41,043 nucleotides of DNA from Lachnospiraceae bacterium (GTDB lineage Bacteria; Bacillota; Clostridia; Lachnospirales; Lachnospiraceae): assembly GCA_017961385.1 (NCBI GenBank), contig JAGCXJ010000022.1, positions 1 to 41,043 on the forward strand, written 5' to 3'. The notes below the pieces were generated by a model that saw nothing but the letters and a program-made list of their open reading frames with translations, did not search any database and was not told the DNA's origin. Positions 40,187-41,043 of this stretch are shown one piece after another. Each line of letters starts with the position of its first letter. Within the stretch, counting starts at the first letter, position 1. The position numbers and the translations under genes are program-made.

Positions 40187-41043
40187 ATGTACAATAAGGT
40201 TGATACGAATCTGAACTTTGTGGACAGAGAAAAAGAAACTCTTGCATTCTGGCAGGAGAATGACATCTTCAGAAAGAGCATGGAACAGAGAAAGGACGGG
40301 GAGGTATATACCTTCTATGACGGCCCTCCGACAGCAAACGGAAAGCCGCATATCGGACATGTCCTTACAAGAGTAATCAAGGATATGATCCCGAGATACC
40401 GTACTATGAAGGGATATATGGTTCCCAGAAAAGCCGGATGGGATACACATGGTCTTCCGGTAGAGCTCGAGGTTGAAAAGCTTCTTGGTCTTAACGGAAA
40501 GGAACAGATCGAGGAATACGGCATGGAGCCGTTCATCGACAAGTGCAAGGAATCCGTATGGAAGTACAAGGGCATGTGGGAGGATTTCTCAGGCACTGTA
40601 GGATTCTGGGCCGATATGGATGATCCCTATGTAACATATCATGATGACTATATCGAGTCAGAGTGGTGGGCTCTTAAGGAGATATGGAAGAAAGGCCTTC
40701 TCTACAAGGGCTTTAAGATCGTGCCTTACTGCCCCAGATGCGGTACTCCTCTTTCAAGCGCAGAGGTATCACAGGGATACAAGACACTTAAGGAAAGATC
40801 AGCGATCGTAAGATTCAAGGTTAAAGGCGAGGATGCTTATTTCCTTGCATGGACGACAACTCCCTGGACACTGCCTTCAAACGTGGCTCTCTGCGTAAAT
40901 CCGTCGGATGATTACTGCAAGGTAAAGGCTGCGGACGGTTATACCTATTATATGGCAAAGGCACTTCTTGATACTGTTCTTGCTCCTTTAAAGAAGGAAG
41001 ATGAGCCTGCGTACGAAATACTGGAAGAGTACAAAGGTAAGGA
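40187..41043 (+). CDS. ileS: Isoleucine--tRNA ligase (type 2), truncated by the window end
   Basis: Not in the ORF track. ATG 40187 follows GGGAGG and reads [11 protein letters not shown]...[16 protein letters not shown]...[13 protein letters not shown]...[12 protein letters not shown]. Confidence 0.97.
   Translation, partial: MYNKVDTNLNFVDREKETLAFWQENDIFRKSMEQRKDGEVYTFYDGPPTANGKPHIGHVLTRVIKDMIPRYRTMKGYMVPRKAGWDTHGLPVELEVEKLLGLNGKEQIEEYGMEPFIDKCKESVWKYKGMWEDFSGTVGFWADMDDPYVTYHDDYIESEWWALKEIWKKGLLYKGFKIVPYCPRCGTPLSSAEVSQGYKTLKERSAIVRFKVKGEDAYFLAWTTTPWTLPSNVALCVNPSDDYCKVKAADGYTYYMAKALLDTVLAPLKKEDEPAYEILEEYKGK

Noticed and set aside
39915-40214. Short ORFs on both strands upstream of ileS
   Set aside because: They overlap the T-box leader, which explains the region.

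Overview
Chromosomal window from a low-GC Gram-positive anaerobe, most consistent with Lachnospiraceae (Butyrivibrio-like); the taxonomy is inferred from gene content and order. Nearly all genes are on the + strand. 1-7.6 kb is the tail of an accessory surface-glycan locus. It holds a PLP decarboxylase, an ATP-grasp ligase and a stand-alone acyl carrier protein that together resemble the butirosin BtrK/BtrJ/BtrI aminoacyl-ACP module. These are followed by a DUF4910/DUF2172 peptidase-like gene (internal TAG), a GT2, a sialyltransferase-like GT (internal TAA) and a membrane acyltransferase. The rest is mostly housekeeping: sua5-rpiB-upp-dCMP deaminase, a cell-wall hydrolase, a complete atp operon whose c subunit has a Na+-binding signature, murC, a DnaA-box cluster before dnaD and a helicase-loader ATPase, prs, an aquaporin, glgC-glgD-spoVG, mfd-pth, a BI-1 protein, an LD-carboxypeptidase, a hybrid histidine kinase and T-box-regulated ileS (truncated). 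The two best novel candidates are (i) the BtrIJK-like module apparently repurposed for glycan acylation and (ii) an unannotated ~110-nt minus-strand sRNA at 11.4-11.5 kb with an OmpR/WalR-type direct-repeat promoter, a C-rich anti-Shine-Dalgarno motif and its own terminator. Clustered substitutions at normally invariant residues of AtpA and AtpD suggest consensus errors, so the two premature stops may be artefacts. All family calls are from motif recognition only; no searches were run.
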